This document shows, piece after piece, positions 59,000 to 64,000 of a stretch of 64,000 bases of DNA. A program made the position numbers and the translations under genes. The notes below the pieces were generated by a model that worked only from the letters and a program-made list of their open reading frames with translations, was not told the DNA's origin and did not search any database. The number at the start of each line of letters is the position of its first letter. Within the stretch, counting starts at the first letter, position 1. This DNA comes from Candidatus Nanopelagicales bacterium (lineage in GTDB: Bacteria > Actinomycetota > Actinomycetes > S36-B12 > JBBQYX01), in contig JBBQYX010000010.1 in NCBI GenBank assembly GCA_038208295.1, positions 1,818 through 65,817 on the forward strand. Reading direction: 5' to 3'.

Positions 59000-60406
59000 T
59001 CAGTGCGATCCGCGTAGCAGGAGGCGGGCCTGCCCGGCCGTCACGACCGATCCGGTCACCAGCACCCCGGCACCGGCGTACTCCCCGACGTCCTCGGCCT
59101 CGCGTACGGCCGCCTCGATCGCATCGTCCAACCGCAGTTCCACCCCGACCCGGTCGCTGCCGAACACATCGACCGCGATGGCAGCCAGGTCGTCCGCGGG
59201 CAGGGCTCGCGGACTGGCCGGCGCCGTGATGATGACCGAGGCCAGTACCGGTTCGAGGGCCTGCAGGATGGCGAACGCGTCCTTGTCGGCCAGCACCCCG
59301 ACCACCCCGACCAGGTGCCGGAAGTCGAAGGAATCGGTCACGGCCGCCGCGAGCGCCTGGGCCCCCGCCGGGTTGTGGGCGGCGTCCACCAGGACCGTCG
59401 GCCCGCGGCGCACCACTTCGAGCCGGGCCGGGGAGGTCACGGCGGCGAACCCCTCCCGCACGGCGGCGCCGTCCAGGGGCGCGCGGCCACCGCCGAGGAA
59501 TGCCTCCACCGCGGCCAACGCCACGGCGGCGTTGGCGGCCTGGTGCCGACCGTGTAGCGGCAGGAAGATCTCGTCGTACGTCCCGCCGAGGCCCTGGATG
59601 GTCAATACCTGGCCGCCCACGGCCAGCGACCGACCGATCACCCCGAAGTCGGCCCCCGCGCGGACCAACCGGGCATCGCGGTCCCGAACTCGGGCCAGCA
59701 GTGGCGGCAGCGCCTGCGCGGGTTGATCGGCGAGCACGGCGATCGCGCCCGGCTTGATGATCCCGGCCTTTTCGGCGGCGATCTCGGGCACGGTGCCACC
59801 GAGGTAGTCGACGTGGTCGATCGAGATCGGCGTCACGACCGCGACGACACCGTCAGCGACGTTGGTGGCGTCCCACGCGCCGCCCATGCCCACCTCGACG
59901 ACGGCCACCGAGACCGGCGCGTCGGCAAAAGCCGCGTACGCCAGCCCCGTCAGCACCTCGAAGAACGACAGGGGGACCGCATCGTCGCCCGAGCCGCTGG
60001 ACTGATCGACGAGGTCCACGAACGCGCTGATGTCGTCCCAGGCAGCCAGGAAGCGCCCGGTGTCGATGGGCTCCCCCGCCATTTCGATCCGCTCGGTCAC
60101 CGAGGTCAGATGCGGACTGGTGTACAGGCCGGTCACCAACCCAAAGGGCCGCAGCAGGGAATCGATCATGCGGGCCGTGGAGGTCTTGCCGTTCGTGCCG
60201 GTGACGTGGATCACCGGGTATGCCCGCTGCGGGTTCCCCAGCAGGTCACACAGCCGGGCGATCCGGTCCAGATCGGGCTGGAGCCGGGACTCCGGCCACC
60301 GCTGCAGCAGGCCCCGGACGACCTCGGTGAACCGCGCTGCGGACTCGTCGGGGGCGGTCACGGGCCGCGAGTCTAAACGTGGCGCGCTCCTAGGATGGCC
60401 GCTCAT
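59000..60406 (-). CDS. folC: Bifunctional folylpolyglutamate synthase / dihydrofolate synthase
   Basis: 'VIHVTGTNGKTSTARM'. I preferred ATG 60406 (GGGAGGG 8 nt upstream). In-frame ATGs at 60460 and 60469 lack an SD. Confidence 0.85.
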   Translation of the reverse strand: MSGHPRSAPRLDSRPVTAPDESAARFTEVVRGLLQRWPESRLQPDLDRIARLCDLLGNPQRAYPVIHVTGTNGKTSTARMIDSLLRPFGLVTGLYTSPHLTSVTERIEMAGEPIDTGRFLAAWDDISAFVDLVDQSSGSGDDAVPLSFFEVLTGLAYAAFADAPVSVAVVEVGMGGAWDATNVADGVVAVVTPISIDHVDYLGGTVPEIAAEKAGIIKPGAIAVLADQPAQALPPLLARVRDRDARLVRAGADFGVIGRSLAVGGQVLTIQGLGGTYDEIFLPLHGRHQAANAAVALAAVEAFLGGGRAPLDGAAVREGFAAVTSPARLEVVRRGPTVLVDAAHNPAGAQALAAAVTDSFDFRHLVGVVGVLADKDAFAILQALEPVLASVIITAPASPRALPADDLAAIAVDVFGSDRVGVELRLDDAIEAAVREAEDVGEYAGAGVLVTGSVVTAGQARLLLRGSH

Positions 60407-63029
60407 GAGCGCAACCCTCCCGCAGTCCCCCGCCGCCGGCCGCCCCGCCAAACCGACCATCGACGGCATCGAGACGGTGTGGATCCAACGGTGGGCCGAG
60501 TCCGGGGTCTACCACTTCGACCGGACGGCGGAGCGGGACCGGGTGTATTCGATCGACACGCCACCCCCGACGGCCAGCGGATCCCTCCACGTCGGACACG
60601 TCTTCTCGTACACGCACACCGACCTCATCGCCCGCTATATGCGCATGCGGGGCCGCGAAGTGTTCTACCCGATGGGGTGGGACGACAACGGGCTGCCCAC
60701 CGAACGCCGGGTGCAGAACCACTTCGGGGTGCGCTGCGACCCGTCCCTGCCCTATGACCCGGAATTCACGCCGCCTGTCAGCGCCGGGAAGAACCAACTG
60801 CCCATCTCACGACGCAACTTTATCGGCCTGTGCGAGCAGTTGACGCTGGAGGACGAGAAGGCATTCGAGGAGTCGTTCCGGCGGCTGGGCCTGTCGGTGG
60901 ACTGGCGGCAGACCTACCGGACCATCGACGACCGGGCCCGAGCGACGTCGCAGCGAGCGTTCCTGCGCAACCTGGCTCGCGACGAGGCCTATCAGGCCGA
61001 GGCGCCGACCCTATGGGACGTGACATTCCGGACTGCTGTCGCGCAGGCCGAGTTGGAGGATCGCGAACGACCGGGCGCCTACCACCGACTCGGTTTCCAC
61101 CGACCCGACGGTGAGCGTGTGTTCATCGAGACGACCCGCCCGGAGTTGTTGGCGGCCTGCGTGGCCCTGGTTGCGCACCCCGACGACGAGCGATATGCCC
61201 CGCTGTTCGGGACGACCGTGCGTACCCCGTTGTTCGAGGTCGATGTCCCCGTCGTGGCACATCCGCTGGCTGATCCGGAAAAAGGTTCCGGTATCGCGAT
61301 GGTGTGTACGTTCGGCGACCTGACGGACGTCATCTGGTGGCGAGAACTCCAACTCCCCACTCGTCCGATCATCGGGTGGGACGGCCGGCTGCACCGGGAG
61401 ACACCGACTTGGATCTCGACGGCCGGCGGAGTGGCCGCGTACGAGAGCATCGCCGGTACGACAGCGTTCACCGCGCAGCAGCGGTCGGTGCAACTGCTGC
61501 GGGATTCCGGTGACCTGATTGGGGAACCCAGCGCCATCACGCACCCGGTCAAGTTCTACGAGAAGGGCGACAAACCTCTTGAGATCGTGACCACCCGCCA
61601 GTGGTATCTGCGCAACGGCGGCCGCGACTTGCCGTTGCGCGAGCAGCTGCTCGCCCGTGGACGCGAACTGCACTGGCACCCGGACCACATGAAGATCAGG
61701 TATTTGACCTGGGTCGAGGGACTGAACGGGGACTGGCTGGTGTCCCGGCAGCGCTTCTTCGGCGTGCCCATCCCGGTGTGGTATCGGCTGGACGAGACGG
61801 GGGAACCTGAATACGGCCAGCGGCTCGTCCCGGCCGAGTCCGAACTACCGGTCGACCCGTCCTCCGACGCCCCCGCCGGGTTCGACGAGTCCCAGCGCGG
61901 CGTCCCGGGGGGTTTCATGGGTGACCCGGACATCATGGACACCTGGGCGACCTCGTCGCTGACGCCCCAGATCGCCGGTGGCTGGGAACGGGATCACGAC
62001 CTGTGGCAACGGGTCTGGCCGATGGACCTACGTCCGCAGGCGCACGAGATCATCCGTACCTGGCTGTTCTCCTCGGTGGTGCGGGCGCACCTGGAGGATG
62101 GCGTCCTGCCCTGGAGCGACGCCGCGATCAGCGGCTGGATCCTGGACCCCGACCGAAAGAAGATGGGCAAGTCCAAGGGCAATGCGGTCACGCCACTGGG
62201 CCTGTTGGAGCAACACGGCTCCGATGCGGTCCGCTACTGGGCGGCCTCCGGGCGCCCCGGCACCGACACCGCCTTCGATGTCGGACAGATGAAGATCGGT
62301 CGCCGGCTGGCCATCAAGATTCTCAACGCGTCGTCCTTTGCGTTGAGTTTCGATAAGGCAGCGAGTTTCGGCAAGGCAGCCGACGGCGACAGTTCGGCGA
62401 CGCCTGTCGACTCGTCCGACATCACTGAACCGTTGGACCGGGCCATGCTGGCCCGGCTCGCTGAGATCGTGCGGGAGGCCACCGCGGCATTCGACGACTA
62501 CAACTACTCCCGGGCGCTGGAGGTGGCGGAGAGTTTCTTCTGGTCGTTCTGCGACGACCATTTGGAACTAGTGAAGGACCGCGCCTACAGCGGCCGCGGC
62601 GAGGCCGCCGCTGCGTCTGCCCAGGAGGCATTGAAACTCGCCCTCGACGTCCAGCTGCGGCTATTCGCACCCTTCCTGCCGTTCGTGACCGAGGAAGTCT
62701 GGTCCTGGTGGCGACCCGGTTCGGTCCACCGCGCCAACTGGCCGCAGCCGGAGCCGATCCGTGCGGCCGCAGCCGACGGTAACCCGACCCTCGTGTCGGA
62801 GGCGGCCGCCGTCCTGACCGGGATCCGCAAGGCCAAGTCGGAGGCGAAGGTGTCGATGCGGGCCACGATCGCCTCGGCGGAGATCCGCGGCCCGGCTGCC
62901 ACCCTCGCCCGGCTGCAGGCAATGGCCGGGGATCTGGTCGCGACCGGGGCGATCCTGGACCTGCGCTGGGTCGAGGCCGACGGGCCAGTCGTGGTCGCCG
63001 ACGTGGTGCTGGCCCCGGAGCAGGGCTGA
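60405..63029 (+). CDS. valS: Valine--tRNA ligase
   Basis: 'PPPTASGSLHVGHVFSY' (HIGH) and 'KMGKSKGN' (KMSKS). ATG 60405 with AGGA 9 nt upstream. Confidence 0.95.
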   Translation: MSATLPQSPAAGRPAKPTIDGIETVWIQRWAESGVYHFDRTAERDRVYSIDTPPPTASGSLHVGHVFSYTHTDLIARYMRMRGREVFYPMGWDDNGLPTERRVQNHFGVRCDPSLPYDPEFTPPVSAGKNQLPISRRNFIGLCEQLTLEDEKAFEESFRRLGLSVDWRQTYRTIDDRARATSQRAFLRNLARDEAYQAEAPTLWDVTFRTAVAQAELEDRERPGAYHRLGFHRPDGERVFIETTRPELLAACVALVAHPDDERYAPLFGTTVRTPLFEVDVPVVAHPLADPEKGSGIAMVCTFGDLTDVIWWRELQLPTRPIIGWDGRLHRETPTWISTAGGVAAYESIAGTTAFTAQQRSVQLLRDSGDLIGEPSAITHPVKFYEKGDKPLEIVTTRQWYLRNGGRDLPLREQLLARGRELHWHPDHMKIRYLTWVEGLNGDWLVSRQRFFGVPIPVWYRLDETGEPEYGQRLVPAESELPVDPSSDAPAGFDESQRGVPGGFMGDPDIMDTWATSSLTPQIAGGWERDHDLWQRVWPMDLRPQAHEIIRTWLFSSVVRAHLEDGVLPWSDAAISGWILDPDRKKMGKSKGNAVTPLGLLEQHGSDAVRYWAASGRPGTDTAFDVGQMKIGRRLAIKILNASSFALSFDKAASFGKAADGDSSATPVDSSDITEPLDRAMLARLAEIVREATAAFDDYNYSRALEVAESFFWSFCDDHLELVKDRAYSGRGEAAAASAQEALKLALDVQLRLFAPFLPFVTEEVWSWWRPGSVHRANWPQPEPIRAAAADGNPTLVSEAAAVLTGIRKAKSEAKVSMRATIASAEIRGPAATLARLQAMAGDLVATGAILDLRWVEADGPVVVADVVLAPEQG

Positions 63030-63212
63030 CCAGCTTCGTCGCAGTGGATGCGGGGGGTGCCGTGGCCGCCGACGTGGTGGCACCGGGAGCATGACTAGGC
63101 AGGCCCGGACGGCCGACTCGGGGTCGGGCTCAAGTTAGGTGCCCTCAACCGCCGATGACCAGTCCGGCGGCCCGCGCCCGGCGGGTCCGCGCCTGCTGTG
63201 AAAGGGACCACC

Positions 63213-64000
63213 ATGGCCCGCCGCTCCGCTGCCCCGACGCTGGCACCGACGCAGTCCGCGTTCGGCGTGACCGTGCTTCCAGGGGTTCCCCTACCCGAGT
63301 GGGCCGTCTCAGCCCTGGCCCCGGTGGCACCCGTACCCCAGCCACGAGTCGAAACCGCCCTGCCGGCCGCGATGGTCGATGCCGTTGCGCCAACAACAAC
63401 GGCCGAAGCCGACGCTAGTCCGGTCTGGTCGGTCCCGACCGCGCCCGAGCCGGCCCAGTACGGCTGGAGCGAACCGCCCGTATCCGAGGAGGATGTCGAG
63501 CGGCGGGTGGCGGAGGTGCCGGCCGCCGCCATGGCCGCGACCCCCGAACCGGTCCATCCCATGGGAGTACCCCGCGGAGTCCCGGCGGCGGCCGCAACCT
63601 CGACGCCGCCACGCTTCGGTATGCCGATGACGCCGCCGCCGATGCCGGCTCCGGCCCAGTTCGTCTGGCCGCTGGTCGGGCCGGTCCCGAGCAGCGGACC
63701 CAGCTCCGTCCCGGCGGTGACCGACGATCTCGGCACGGCCGCCGAGCCTCCCGCGGTCACCTTGGTCGGCCCGGTCCCTCGACCCGGTGACGGCCCGTTG
63801 TTGCTCCCACCCGAGACGCTGGCCACGACGTACGACCCTGCGGGCAACCCCTTTCGGCTGAACGCTCCCGACCACGAGCGCCCCAGCGCGCCCCCTGGTG
63901 ACAGCGAAGGGACGCCGCCCGGCGAGCCCGTCCCGTCAGCGCCGCACGGCGCCGATCGCGCTATGCCGCCAGCCTTGGTGGCCGCCGTGGACGCGGCCAC
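63213..64000 (+). CDS. Proline/alanine-rich hypothetical protein (3' end beyond the window)
   Basis: Open frame from ATG 63213 (AAAGGGA upstream) to the window edge. G/C at third codon positions is strongly enriched in this frame. It is not in the ORF track. Confidence 0.45.
   Translation, partial: MARRSAAPTLAPTQSAFGVTVLPGVPLPEWAVSALAPVAPVPQPRVETALPAAMVDAVAPTTTAEADASPVWSVPTAPEPAQYGWSEPPVSEEDVERRVAEVPAAAMAATPEPVHPMGVPRGVPAAAATSTPPRFGMPMTPPPMPAPAQFVWPLVGPVPSSGPSSVPAVTDDLGTAAEPPAVTLVGPVPRPGDGPLLLPPETLATTYDPAGNPFRLNAPDHERPSAPPGDSEGTPPGEPVPSAPHGADRAMPPALVAAVDAA

Noticed and set aside
63095-64000. 301-aa minus-strand ORF at the window end
   Set aside because: Third-position G/C enrichment and an SD-like element favour the plus-strand Pro-rich frame. 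The minus ORF is Gly/Ala/Ser/Thr-rich shadow sequence.

Overview
The window is visibly very GC-rich (GC not computed) and looks like conserved actinobacterial chromosome core. Nearly every gene is on the minus strand. I identified products by recognising motifs in the supplied ORF translations; I ran no database search.

Gene order from high to low coordinates:
- valS (+), then folC, DUF4233, ndk, mreB, mreC, mreD, mrdA and rodA.
- A radical-SAM pair (TIGR03960/TIGR03936-like), then rne, rplU, rpmA, obg, proB, a hypothetical gene and proA.
- A small ORF, nadD, an LCP/LytR_C gene, rsfS, a His-phosphatase gene and tRNA-Ala(GGC).
- SIMPL, GGDEF, SGNH, DUF2786 (+) and a YhhN-like gene.
- leuS, degV, comEA, comEC, an orphan ATPase, rpsT and holA (+).
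- lepA, an acyl-CoA ligase gene, hemW, DUF4870 (+) and DUF3097 (+).
- CIRCE, hrcA, dnaJ, rsmE, HIT, phoH, ybeY, corC and era.
- GNAT (+), an AI-2E transporter gene (+), recO, uppS and a permease gene.

I saw no rRNA, CRISPR array, transposase, integrase or prophage genes. I also found no convincing multi-gene novel system.

The leads most worth a second look:
1. An orphan P-loop ATPase/wHTH gene with an AT-rich upstream block lacking a Shine-Dalgarno (SD) ribosome-binding motif. It sits at an apparent local inversion of the holA-rpsT pair.
2. The conserved but functionally uncharacterised B12-type radical-SAM gene and its partner directly upstream of rne.
3. Head-to-head folC and valS start codons that share one TCATGA palindrome.
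4. Five ~16-bp-spaced direct repeats (TTGGCACCGTT) upstream of proA.
5. A small unannotated membrane ORF flanked by two different tandem-repeat arrays.
6. A recurrent pattern of perfect short tandem duplications. Some are in frame inside housekeeping genes (uppS, GNAT, DUF2786, the radical-SAM partner, rne, comEA). Others re-copy stop-codon-containing gene 3' ends.

Many start codons are uncertain by tens of nucleotides.
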